Source: Squalus acanthias (lineage: Eukaryota). Taken from it: a DNA stretch of 64,000 bases. Position 1 is the stretch's first letter. Each line of letters starts with the position of its first letter. The position numbers and the translations under genes were made by a program. Where the stretch lies: assembly GCA_030390025.1 (NCBI GenBank), contig CM059432.1, forward strand, positions 16,432,001 through 16,496,000, read 5' to 3'. Below are positions 1-9,823 of this stretch, piece by piece. The notes beneath the pieces were generated by a model. That model was given only the letters and a program-made list of their open reading frames with translations. It had not been told where the DNA came from and searched no databases.

Positions 1-2275
1 CGATTTCTCACTCGAAATGGAGAGCGAAGAAATTGACTCAGATACTAAGGTCCTGAATTTAAACAAGGGGAATTATGATGCCATTAGACGGGAACTGAGT
101 AGGTCTGATTGGACAACGTTCCTGGGAGGACTGGAGGTAGATAAACAATGGCAAGCATTTAAAGATAGAATGACAAAATTGCAAAAATTGTTTATACCAA
201 TCTGGCATAAAAGGAAATCTAAAAAGGTGACTCAACCGTGGATAACAGGGGAAATTAGAGACAGCATAAAATCCAAAGATAGGGCGTATAAAATAGCCAA
301 AAAAAGCGCCAGAGCGGAAGATTGGGAACAGTTTAAGATAGAACAAAGGAGGACAAAGGGCTTAATCAAGAGGGGCAAAATAGCTTACGAAAGCAAGCTG
401 GCGGAAAATATAAAAACTAACTCCAAAAGCTTTTATAAGTATATCAAGAGGAAAAGACTGGTGAAAACCAAAGTTGGCCCATTGCAGTCAGATACGGGGG
501 AATATATAACGGGAAATAAGGAAATGGCAGACCAACTAAATGCATACTTTGGGTCAGTCTTTACGAAGGAAGACACAAAAAACCTCCCTGGGATATCGGG
601 AAAAATAGGGACATTTGCAAAGGAGGAACTGACGCAAGTCAATATCTCTAAGGATATGGTGTTAAGGAAGCTAAAGGGATTGAAGGCGGACAAATCCCCA
701 GGGCCTGATAACATGCATCCTAGGGTGCTGAAGGAGGTGGCCCTAGAGATAGCGGATGCACTAAGTATGATTTTTCAGAATTCATTAGACTCGGGAACAG
801 TGCCCATGGATTGGAGGGTAGCTAACGTTACCCCACTATTCAAAAAGGGGGGTAGGCAAAAAGCAGGTAATTACAGACCTGTAAGCCTTACATCAGTTGT
901 GGGCAAAATGCTGGAGTCCATCATTAAGGATGAAATAGCGGAGCACTTAGCAAATGGGGACAGGATAGGACAGAGTCAACATGGATTTACAAAGGGTAAA
1001 TCGTGCTTGACTAATCTATTGGAATTTTTTGAGGGAGTAACTGGTAAAATAGATGGGGGAGAGCCAGTAGATGTGGTGTACCTGGACTTCCAAAAGGCCT
1101 TCGATAAGGTCCCACATAAAAGATTAGCAGGGAAAATTGAAGCTCATGGGATAAAGGGGAAAGTATTGACGTGGATAGAGAACTGGCTGTCAGATAGAAA
1201 ACAGAGAGTTGGAATAAACGGCTCATTTTCTGAATGGCAGGCAGTAACAAGTGGGGTACCACAGGGATCTGTCCTGGGTCCCCAGCTGTTCACAATTTAC
1301 ATTAATGACCTGGATCAGGGAGTCGGATGCAGCATTTCCAAATTTGCAGACGACACTAAACTAGGAGGGGGGGTGGGCTCAGAGGAGGAGACCAGGAAGC
1401 TCCAGAGCGATTTGGACAGACTGGGTGATTGGGCGGATAAATGGCAGATGCACTATAATGTGGACAAGTGCGAAGTTATCCACCTTGGGTGCAGGAACGG
1501 GAGGGCAAATTATTATTTAAATGGCAATAAATTGGGAGAGGGGGAAGTACAGAGAGACCTGGGTGTTCTTGTACACCAGTCACTGAAGGCGAGCATGCAG
1601 GTGCAACAGGCGATCAAGAAGGCAAACGGTATGCTGGCCTTCATAGCAAAAGGGTTGGAATACAGGAACAGGGATACCTTGCTGCAGCTGTACAGGGCAC
1701 TGGTGAGACCACACCTCGAGTACTGTGTACAGTTTTGGTCGCCTCATCTGAGGAAAGATGTTCTTGCCATGGAGGGGGTGCAGCGGCGATTCACCAGGCT
1801 GATACCAGGAATGGCGGGATTGACCTATGAGGAGAGACTATGTAGTTTAGGGATGTACACACTGGAGTTTAGAAGATTGAGAGGGGACCTCATAGAAGTG
1901 TATAAAATTCTGACAGGTCTAGACAGACTAGATGCAGAAGGAATGTTTCCCTTGGCGGGTGAGAACAGAACTAGAGGACATAATTTAAGGATAAGGGCTA
2001 AACCATTTAGGACAGAAATGAGGGGGAATTTCTTCACTCAGAGGGTGGTGAACCTGTGGAACTCATTGCCACAGAGGGCAGTGTACGCCAGCTCATTAAA
2101 TATATTTAAGAGGGAATTAGATGTATTTCTACAGGCAAAAGGGGTTAAGGGTTACGGAGAGAAGGCGGGGACGGGATACTGAATTGGAGGATCAGCCATG
2201 ATCTCATTAAATGGCGGAGCAGGCTCGAAGGGCCGGATGGCCTACTCCTGCTCCTATCTTCTATGTATCTATGTA
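1..2275 (+). mobile_element. CR1-clade LINE, 3' ~2.3 kb (5' end outside window)
   Basis: Contains an RT ORF, then the CR1 3'UTR (gatcagccatgatc...ggcggagcaggctcgaagggcc...cctactcctgctcc) and a short tandem tail tctatgtatctatgta. The frame is open to the window edge. Confidence 0.95.
17..2182 (+). CDS. CR1 LINE ORF2 reverse transcriptase (uninterrupted 721-aa C-terminal part)
   Basis: Motifs KSPGPD, NYRPVSLTS, QHGF, YLDFQKAFDKV, GVPQGSVLGP, FADD, LYRALVRPHLEYC and FFTQRVVNLWNSLP; no stops or frameshifts. Confidence 0.93.
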   Translation: MESEEIDSDTKVLNLNKGNYDAIRRELSRSDWTTFLGGLEVDKQWQAFKDRMTKLQKLFIPIWHKRKSKKVTQPWITGEIRDSIKSKDRAYKIAKKSARAEDWEQFKIEQRRTKGLIKRGKIAYESKLAENIKTNSKSFYKYIKRKRLVKTKVGPLQSDTGEYITGNKEMADQLNAYFGSVFTKEDTKNLPGISGKIGTFAKEELTQVNISKDMVLRKLKGLKADKSPGPDNMHPRVLKEVALEIADALSMIFQNSLDSGTVPMDWRVANVTPLFKKGGRQKAGNYRPVSLTSVVGKMLESIIKDEIAEHLANGDRIGQSQHGFTKGKSCLTNLLEFFEGVTGKIDGGEPVDVVYLDFQKAFDKVPHKRLAGKIEAHGIKGKVLTWIENWLSDRKQRVGINGSFSEWQAVTSGVPQGSVLGPQLFTIYINDLDQGVGCSISKFADDTKLGGGVGSEEETRKLQSDLDRLGDWADKWQMHYNVDKCEVIHLGCRNGRANYYLNGNKLGEGEVQRDLGVLVHQSLKASMQVQQAIKKANGMLAFIAKGLEYRNRDTLLQLYRALVRPHLEYCVQFWSPHLRKDVLAMEGVQRRFTRLIPGMAGLTYEERLCSLGMYTLEFRRLRGDLIEVYKILTGLDRLDAEGMFPLAGENRTRGHNLRIRAKPFRTEMRGNFFTQRVVNLWNSLPQRAVYASSLNIFKRELDVFLQAKGVKGYGEKAGTGY

Positions 2276-2276
2276 T

Positions 2277-2436
2277 AATACAGCAAATGAGATAAATGAC
2301 CAATTAATGTCTTTTGATGGTGTTGGTTGACGGGTGAATGTTGGCCAAGATAGCAGGAGAGCTGCTTTTTAGTCTTCAGAATATTGCCATGGGATCTTGT
2401 CCAAAAGATATCACCTGTGACAATGCATCACTCCCC
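2277..2436 (-). mobile_element. DeuSINE-like (SacSINE1/AmnSINE1-type) fragment
   Basis: Reverse-complement similarity to the SINE copy at 13302-13612 (tggtcattatc...ttgctgtt; aagatcccatggca). Confidence 0.6.
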
Positions 2437-2792
2437 AATGTTCCCTCTAATTTTGTTTTGGGTTGCGCTTTAATGGGCTGCGCAGCTCATTCAAAAATCC
2501 GTTCATGCGCGGTTTTTGCATTTCCCAACTTGACCATCACAGGACTTCTACAATCAAATCAGCCTGAGACAGCAGCCTTCCTCCAGCAGATTAATTATAA
2601 TGTAATTTTAAATAAAAACCAGTGTCAAAGGGTTTAGCTCTTTGAGAAATGAGTGTAGATTGTAGCATAGCAGCAACATATTCACAGTCACTCAAAAGGT
2701 GATATTGTGCATTATTAAGTGAGCAAGGCTTTGATGAAATGTTATTGTAGAAATTATATTTAATCAGAAAGTGGGTGGGGGAAATATGTAGT

Positions 2793-2880
2793 CCCCATAC
2801 CGACCGCCCTGGCACTGACCGTCCCCACACCGACCGCCCCGGCACTGACCGTCCCCACACCGACCGTCCCGGCACCGATC
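2793..2880. repeat. GC-rich minisatellite, about 3 x 30 bp (two related 15-bp halves)
   Basis: ccccacaccgaccgccccggcactgaccgt repeated about 3 times; explains the PHTDRPGTDR and GRSVPGRSVW repeats in the ORF track. Confidence 0.9.
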
Positions 2881-3789
2881 GGGAGATGTGGCCCTCCTCC
2901 GTCTCTCTCTGCTGCCAAGTGACTGAGATTTGGGAACTTGCTTCTAAGTGGGGTCTGAACCATTGGTGGGAAGGTGGCGCCAGGGCTGGCAGAGAGAGTC
3001 GGGGGGCAGGTTTACCCAAATCTGCCTGCTGGGGAACTGGTGGCACCCGTTCGATTTTCACTCCGCACTATTTGACTTTCCGCTGAGGGGCGTCTGATTC
3101 GATCGGGATTAGGATAACGCTGGGCAGGTTCAGTTAAAACAAAATTCAAAATACAAAATTCTTACAGGGCTTGACAGGGTAGATGCAGGGAGGATGTTGC
3201 CTACTCTTCCCTATGTTGTTGGTCCCAACATGGACCACAACAACTGAATCCTCCCCGCCCCCCCCCCCCCCCGCGCCAATATCCTTTCAAGCCGGTTAGA
3301 GATGTCCCTCACCCTGGCACCAGGTAGGCACTCCTCCCCCCTTAGGACATTTAATTTAATGCAGACAAATGTAAAGTGCTACATGTAGAAAGAAAATATT
3401 GATGACACGTGCTCAATGATGGTGATGATTTTGAGTTGCCAGCTTTTTTTTGAGCTATGACAGCTTTTCTGAGTTTTGTAGGTTGACAAGTTTGCAACAC
3501 CACAGCAATAAACAGATGGAGTATCTAACTGGTGGCAATCTTAATCATGAATTGGAAGATGATACAATAATAAAAACATTTTCTATTTCTCATTATAAGA
3601 GTTACTCACAACAGTCATCAAAATAAATGTAAACACAAGAAATCTTCAATAAAAACCCTATTCACTTGGCCCCTCTACTGTACAATATTGAGGCCAGTGG
3701 CACTGCAGGGACTGGAGTGGATGCTGGACAATAGTAACAACTTTATTATTTAAGTTTATAAGTTTCCTTTGTTTTTTTTATGGCTTAGT

Positions 3790-4240
3790 TCTTAGAGAGG
3801 GTACAGAGAAGATTTACGAGGATGCTGCCAGGACTGGAGAATTTTAGCTATGAGGAAAGATTGGATGGGCCGGGGTTGTTTTCTTTGGATCAGAGGAGGC
3901 TGAGGGGAGATTTAATTGTGGTGTATAAAATTATGAGGGGCCTAGATAGAGTGGATAGGAAGGATCTATTTCCCTTAGCAGAGAGGTCAATAACCAGGGG
4001 GCATAGATTTAAAGTAATTGGTAGAAGGAATAGAGGGGAGTTGAGGAGAACTTTTTTCACCCAGTGGGTGGTAGAGGTAGAAACCCTCATCACATTTAAA
4101 AAGTACTGGGATATGCACTTGAAGTGCAATAACCCACAAGGCTATGGACCAAGAGCTGGAAAGTGGGATTAGGGTGGATGGCTCTTTGTCAGCTGGCACA
4201 GACACGATGGGCCAAATGGTCTCCTTCTGTGCCGTAAATT
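3790..4240 (+). mobile_element. 5'-truncated CR1 3' fragment
   Basis: Encodes SYEERL...RRLRGDLI.VYKI...TRGH, followed by a CR1-type 3'UTR. Confidence 0.85.
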
Positions 4241-4670
4241 TAAGAACATAAGAACATAAGAAATAGGAGCAGGAGGAGGCCATTCGGCCCTTCAAGCCTG
4301 CTCCACCATTCAATGAGATCATGGCTGATCTGCCTTAACTCCATTCACCGGCCCTATCGCCATATCCCTTGATGTCCTTACTAGTCAGAAATCTATCGAC
4401 TTCTGTTTTGAATATACCCAATGACTGAGCCTCCACAGCCCTCTGGGGTAGAGAATTCCAAAGATTCACCACCCTCTGTGTGAAGAAATTTCTTCTCATC
4501 TCAGTCCTGAATGGCCTACCCTTTATCCTGAGGCTGTGGCCCCTGGTTCTAGACTCCCCAACCAAGGGAAACATTCTCCCAGCATCCACCCTATCAAGCC
4601 CTGTAATAATTTTGTATGCTTCAATGAGATCCCCTCTCATTCTTCTGAATTCAAGACAATACAGGCCTAT
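4241..4670 (-). mobile_element. 5'-truncated CR1 3' fragment, tail-to-tail with the preceding copy
   Basis: Minus-strand ORF LEFRRMRGDLIEAYKI...FFTQRVVNLWNSLP; tail reads aagaacataagaacataagaa on the + strand. Confidence 0.9.
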
Positions 4671-5039
4671 GTTGTGCTCTTCTAAAAAGTGTGGGGGTGG
4701 GGGGGGGGGCACTTTTGTTTGACTGGGGGCAGCCCAGCATCTCCTTATTAATCTTTTTATTCAAGTACAATAGTACTTATATAACTCATCAATTACATAG
4801 TAAACCTTTTCATTCCTTGATCACAATAAACAATAAAGCCTTAAAAAACAGCTTTATGAATTTCGATTGTCTTTTTTTTTTACAAATAATCAATAATGTT
4901 TACAGTACAAATACTCTTAAACAATACCACACAACTTTTTAGATTTAAAATAATAAATCTCAAAGTTAGCATCTCCTTATTGGTTTGTACAAACACAAGT
5001 TGTTGTTGTCTCCATGGGCCAGGCCTCTCCTGCCCGCCC

Positions 5040-5135
5040 CCTGCCGGATGTAGCCTGCGGGTGACCCGGCAGTGACGCAGCGGCCGCACTATATAAGCGC
5101 GCGGCGGGGCCAGCCGGCCTTTCCTCTTCCCGCTC
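5040..5135 (+). promoter_or_regulatory. RPLP1: RPLP1 core promoter: TATA box and polypyrimidine (TCT/5'TOP) initiator within a CpG island (~5020-5690)
   Basis: TATATAA at 5090-5096; CCTTTCCTCTTCCC at 5118-5131, about 29 nt downstream; ETS-like CCGGATGT (5044) and CGGAAGT (5145); CRE-like TGACGCA (5073). This matches known vertebrate ribosomal-protein promoters. Confidence 0.85.
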
Positions 5136-5238
5136 TGCCCGGTTCGGAAGTGCTCGGTTCTTCTGATCGAAGCTAAGGCCGAATCCCACCGGCGACTAGC
5201 ACCATCGGACCCGCATCCGCGCAGAGAGACTCCTCACC

Positions 5239-5310
5239 ATGGCTTCTACCTCCGAGCTGGCCTGCATCTACAGCGCCCTCATCCTGCACGACGACGAGGT
5301 CACCGTGACT
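5239..5310 (+). CDS. RPLP1: 60S acidic ribosomal protein P1, coding exon 1
   Basis: Kozak context caccATGG; MASTSELACIYSALILHDDEVTVT; donor GTGAGT at 5311. Confidence 0.97.
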
Positions 5311-5329
5311 GTGAGTGCGGCGGCGGGCG

Positions 5330-5373
5330 GCGGCCATCTTAGGGCAGGCCCGGGCCGGGGAGCCGCCATCTTG
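5330..5373 (+). promoter_or_regulatory. Tandem YY1-like sites at the start of RPLP1 intron 1
   Basis: GCGGCCATCTT (~5330-5340) and GCCGCCATCTTG (5362-5373) match the YY1 consensus, common downstream of ribosomal-protein TSSs. Confidence 0.6.
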
Positions 5374-6751
5374 AGGCAGCGCCTTTAGATTTCGGACGCC
5401 CCGGGAGGGGTGGGGTTGACGGTGGGGAAAGGAAAGGAAGCGCTCGCCTTGGTGCCGGGGGCCTGTCTCGGCGCAACGTGCCCACGGCCGCCTGGTCGGT
5501 GAGTCTGAGTCTGCGGGGCCCGCTCCTCGGGGACACGTGTCGGGCCCGGACCCTGGGACCAGCACATGGCGAGAAGCCGAGCCCGGCAGGTGTTCCCCTC
5601 TGGCCCCGGGGGGCCGCTCCGTGCTCGGCCGGTCTCTCAATCCCCTCCCAAACTGGGCATTGCACCCACTCCTTGCGGCCAGAATTTTGAATTCCCGCAG
5701 CAAAGTCTGTCTTTAAGCTTTTTGAGGGTTGTTTTTTTTTGCATCACCTCAGTTCAGTTGAATTATTTGCTGTCTTGCAACTGTTGTCTGGTTATTGCAG
5801 GAGTTTTGACTTTGAATTATAATAAAACAAATCCAGATCGGGGAAATTTGCCTCTTTGTTGGGGCTCCTCCACATGTTTCCCTCTACCTAAAGGAACACA
5901 GTATTGCCAACCCCATCGCCTCAAATCAGGAGGCAAACTCTTGAAAGTTATGAGTTGATTTTTTTCTTCCAAAACATAAGCCAGTATAGATTGTGTTATA
6001 GGCTTATAAACCTCGTGCCTGAGGGCTGGTGTTGGTATTGATGTCTGCGCTCGAGCAAGCTGCCCGTGGAGGTGCGACCTGTGCCGGTAGCTCGCCCCCG
6101 AGTATGCAGAAGTGCTTACAGTTGCTATTGGTGGCTTTATTTAATCTCTGACAGGTCACAGCTCTTTGCAAAAACTGCATTACTGCATCTAAAAATGCTT
6201 TGCAAAATTTTATTAAAAACCCTACCCGTGTCGGCAGCTTACCCCGAGGACCGATTTTCGATCCATTCTCGTGCCAATTGCTTTCTGGGACCCCCTGTAA
6301 CAGATTAATTTTTCTGTATACAAATTAGTTATACAATTAAGCATACATATTTTTGTTTTACTTTTATGTAAGAGCAGGAACGTGCCTGGGTTTGATCCCT
6401 GGCCTATGCGGAGTTACCAGATTTGAGTGAGGGTGGCCGTAGTCCCCGTTTCCTAAAATCTCCATACTAAACCCCAACACGAGGAACGTCGCCGGTCTCC
6501 AAGTGCGCGACTAGCTTCCAACTTGCCAACATAGGGCCGCGGACGGCTCTGCACGAGGGGAAAGAACTCGAAGGGATGAATTTCGAAAGGAAGGCTGCTC
6601 GTATCTCAGCCCACACAATACACTTTGGAGAAGTTCTTGAACTCCCACTCAGCGACCCTCTCTTTTAATAAAAGCTGTCAGTGAGTGGTCTACGTCCAAC
6701 ATAGAGGCCTGAATCAAAACAAAACTTTACTTCGAGAAATCTGTAGGAGAA

Positions 6752-7328
6752 CATTCAATGGCATTCCCATCGCTGAATCCTGCACCATCAACATGGGGGT
6801 CACCATTGACCAGAAACTTAACTGGACCAGCCACATAAATACTGTGGCAACAAGAGCAGGTCAGAGGCTGGGTATCCTGTGGTGAGTGTCTCACCTCCTG
6901 ACTCCCCAAAGCCTTTCCACCATCTACAAGGCACAAGTAAGGAGTGTGATGGAATACTCTCCACTTGTCTGGATGAGTGCAGCTCCAACAACACTGAAGC
7001 GCGACACCATCCAGGACAAAGCAGCCTGCTTGAGATTCACTCCCTCCACCACTGGTGTACCGTACCGTAGCTGCAGTGTGTACCATCTACAAGATGCACT
7101 GCAGCAACTCCCAAACCCGCGACCTCTACCACCTAGAAGGACGAGCAGCAGGCGCATGGGAACACCATCACCTGCAGGTTTCCCTCCCAAGTTGCACACC
7201 ATCCTGACTTGGAAATATATCGCCGTTGGGTTGAAATCCTGAACTCCCTTCTCGAGGGCGATTAGGGATGGGCAATAAATGCTGGCCTTGCCAGCGGCGC
7301 CCACATCCCATGAACGAATAAAAAAAAA
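6752..7328 (+). mobile_element. Non-LTR LINE 3' fragment (second CR1/L2-superfamily lineage, Zenon/Crack-like) in RPLP1 intron 1
   Basis: Encodes GVTIDQKLNWTSHI and IYKAQVRSVMEYSPLVW; ends in an A-rich tail; same family as 22447-23690, 36056-38580 and 54930-55530. Confidence 0.8.
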
Positions 7329-8524
7329 GCCAGTGACTGATACATTGCAGTAGTAATAGAAGTTCAACTTGCCCAACATGTTGCAGTGGTTTCCAACAGT
7401 GCGCACACAATCTTTGTATTGGAGACTTTTCCAATCTCACAAGGGGGAGACCACTGATGGAAAACTAACAGTAACTCGTGGGAGACAGTACTATGGGACA
7501 AACCAAATCGCAGACCTCCTGAAATCTTGTGCATCCCCGGTTGAGAACCCCATACCTAACCCATGTGTCCCCAGCAGCCAATCTCAGGAGCTGGTGACGA
7601 AGATTGATACAACCGCAAATAAATTGTGACTTGAGTTGAATCGTGAGTTGGCAATACTGGGAACAGGAGTGGGCCATTCAGCTCCAGCTTGTTCTGTCAT
7701 TCAATTAGATCATTGCTGATCTGTATCTTAACTCATTTTCCTGCCTTGGCGCCATAAGAGATGTTAACGCTTCCACGTGTACACTGATGCTTCTATCTCA
7801 TCAGCTTTACATCTGGTGTACTCTAACTGACATTAACTCCTGGATGAGGATAGGCTTTTGGCTGAACGCTGATGTGATTGAATCATACTATCTGCCAAAT
7901 TGCATGCTTGTGTTACCCTGGCTGTGATAACCTCCTTGGCGGAGTCTGGTAGCGTGCAACTGTGATCTACTTTCTGGCACTGGGCTATCTATCCATCCCG
8001 AATTCAGTTAATTGCTGAGACTCATGAGCATTCACACATCTGCCCTTTTTGAAATGCTTATGCCCTTTCCAAGCTGAACAGGCTATATCTGCTCCAGTGA
8101 ACTGACCTTTCGCTCATCCCTGTTTTCACAATAATCCACAACATCCGTCTAGTCGATCTGAGCAATTTCCAGCATACATTCCCGAACTGGACCCCAAGTT
8201 TCCTTGATGTTGGATTAGTTGCTTGTTCCCTGTTCTACCGTCTGAGGCTGGGCTATTAGTCACTACACCCTGTCCTCTGAACTGCTTTGCCTCGCTATCT
8301 CCATCCTACCCATCACATTGAACATTCCTTTGGTACCTTGCCCAAATTTCTGCCATTTGTTTGTTCTTTGATGTGTGAACATGCTTTTATGTGAATAGCA
8401 CTGCAAATACATGTTTCATTGAGCCTTTTAAATTGGATTACATTCACAAGTAAATAACCAGATCGAGATTGCACTCTTGATTGAAGTGAACTATATAAAA
8501 GTTATGCAATTTATTGTTTTTCAG

Positions 8525-8599
8525 GAAGACAAACTCAATGCCCTCATCAGGACAGCTGGAGTAACCATTGAGCCTTTCTGGCCCAGTCTCTTTGCTAAG
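8525..8599 (+). CDS. RPLP1: RPLP1 coding exon 2
   Basis: Acceptor ttttttcag; EDKLNALIRTAGVTIEPFWPSLFAK; donor GT at 8600; phase 0/0. Confidence 0.97.
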
Positions 8600-9154
8600 G
8601 TAATATCAACATTAGTAGCTGGTAGTTTATTAAGTTTGATCACTTTGGTTTGTATTGGGTAATTTGGCACAGGGACACCCCTGCCCCCAAAGGGAAAGAA
8701 CCTGCTGTAACATGAGTAATTTTAGAAACTTTCCTCGTGCACAAGATACTGCATCTTTGGTCTCGAGTGGGTGTTGTGGACAGAATATTTGCATTTATAT
8801 ATGGCCTTTCATTATCTCTGGAGTGAGATTTACACCCAAAACCTTCTGACACTGTGCCAAGGCTGACGCCTTAATGAAGGAATGTGGCACACAATGGGTT
8901 TGAGGCCCCAGGAGGAAAGGGTTTGGCTTGCCTCTCATTTGACCTAAATGAGAATGTCTTGCTGCTACTTGCCATCTATGGGCAAGAATGGAGACGTGGG
9001 CAGAGTTAGAACAGGCTGTGGAACTGAACTTACAGGATTTTTGAAAGTTTCTCCCTGTCGATGTGTTGCACCTGTAAGAGATGATGGTTTTGATTTTGAG
9101 TGGAAGAATGTGAAGACTTGCAGAAGTAGACTAATTTGCATATTTCTTTTTCAG

Positions 9155-9260
9155 GCGTTGGCAAATATTGACATTAACAGTCTGATCTGCAACGTTGGTG
9201 CTGGTGGCGGTGGTGGTGCCCCTACTGCTGCAGCTGTTTCCACTGCTGCCCCTGTTGCTG
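9155..9260 (+). CDS. RPLP1: RPLP1 coding exon 3
   Basis: Acceptor tctttttcag; ALANIDINSLICNVGAGGGGGAPTAAAVSTAAPVA plus one base; donor GTGAGT at 9261 (phase 1). Confidence 0.97.
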
Positions 9261-9434
9261 GTGAGTATTTATTTTAAGGAGCTATTTACTTAATTGTAGG
9301 AGTGGCAGGACTAATTCAGATAACTACAGTTTGGAGTTTAAACCATTTGAGAACACCAAAGATCATTCATTGTAATGTGGTGTTTGCCAGGGTGTTTTCC
9401 TCTAACCTTTGATTACTAGATGTTTTAATAAATA

Positions 9435-9606
9435 TAAATGTGAAGTCGCACAACACCAGGTTATAGTCCAACAGCTTTATTTCACCTGATGAAGGAGCAG
9501 CGCTCCGAAAGCTTGTGATTTCAAATAAAGCTGTTGGACTATAACCTGGTGTTGTGCGACTTCTCACATTTGTCCACCCCAGTCCAACACCGGCATCTCC
9601 GCATCA
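9435..9606 (+). mobile_element. Penelope-like-element-derived inverted-repeat insertion in RPLP1 intron 3
   Basis: Perfect 41-bp inverted repeat (9442-9482 / 9523-9563) enclosing a hammerhead motif; flanked by direct repeats TTAATAAATA (9425-9434 and 9607-9616). Confidence 0.8.
9482..9518 (+). ncRNA. Minimal type-I hammerhead ribozyme motif (Penelope type)
   Basis: tcac-CTGATGA-a-GGAGC-agc-GCTCC-GAAA-gc-TT-gtga: core CUGAUGA 9486-9492, 5-bp stem II, GAAA 9507-9510, palindromic AAGCUU stem III, stem I tcac/gtga. Confidence 0.75.
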
Positions 9607-9710
9607 TTAATAAATACATCCAACGTTTGGCGGACGAGAATGATTCAGACTTGTGATCCGTGTTATACTGGTTTGCACCGAAGAACTAAAATCACTTTTC
9701 TGTCCTGCAG

Positions 9711-9790
9711 CTGAAGAGAAAAAGGAAGAGAAGAAACAGGAGGAATCAGAAGAGTCTGACGATGACATGGGCTTTGGCCTCTTTGATTAA
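9711..9790 (+). CDS. RPLP1: RPLP1 coding exon 4 (acidic C-terminus and stop)
   Basis: Acceptor tgtcctgcag; (A)EEKKEEKKQEESEESDDDMGFGLFD*, the canonical P-protein C-terminus. Total CDS 72+75+106+80 = 333 nt = 110 aa plus stop. Confidence 0.97.
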
Positions 9791-9817
9791 GTGTGCCATG
9801 GAACATAATTGTTAACA

Positions 9818-9823
9818 ATTAAA
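9818..9823 (+). terminator. RPLP1: Putative RPLP1 polyadenylation signal ATTAAA
   Basis: ATTAAA about 27 nt after the stop, followed by T/GT-rich sequence; a short 3'UTR is typical of ribosomal-protein mRNAs. Confidence 0.6.

Noticed and set aside
2591..3086. ORFs with repeated peptides (GRSVPGRSVW, PHTDRPGTDR); repeat array superficially CRISPR-like
   Set aside because: Translation of a 30-bp minisatellite; no unique spacers, no cas genes, and the DNA is eukaryotic.
4977..5958. Several overlapping 60-176 aa ORFs around the RPLP1 promoter
   Set aside because: Expected from stop-codon scarcity in a GC-rich CpG island; no recognisable protein motifs.
6010..6123. GC-rich two-hairpin segment ending in ACAgtt as a possible H/ACA snoRNA
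   Set aside because: No ANANNA H box between the hairpins, and the first stem relies mostly on G-U pairs.
7788..7866. Patchy resemblance to U2 snRNA (tctcatcagctttacatctg; ggcttttggctga)
   Set aside because: The matches are short, in the wrong order and lack an Sm site; the flanks look like a decayed SINE.
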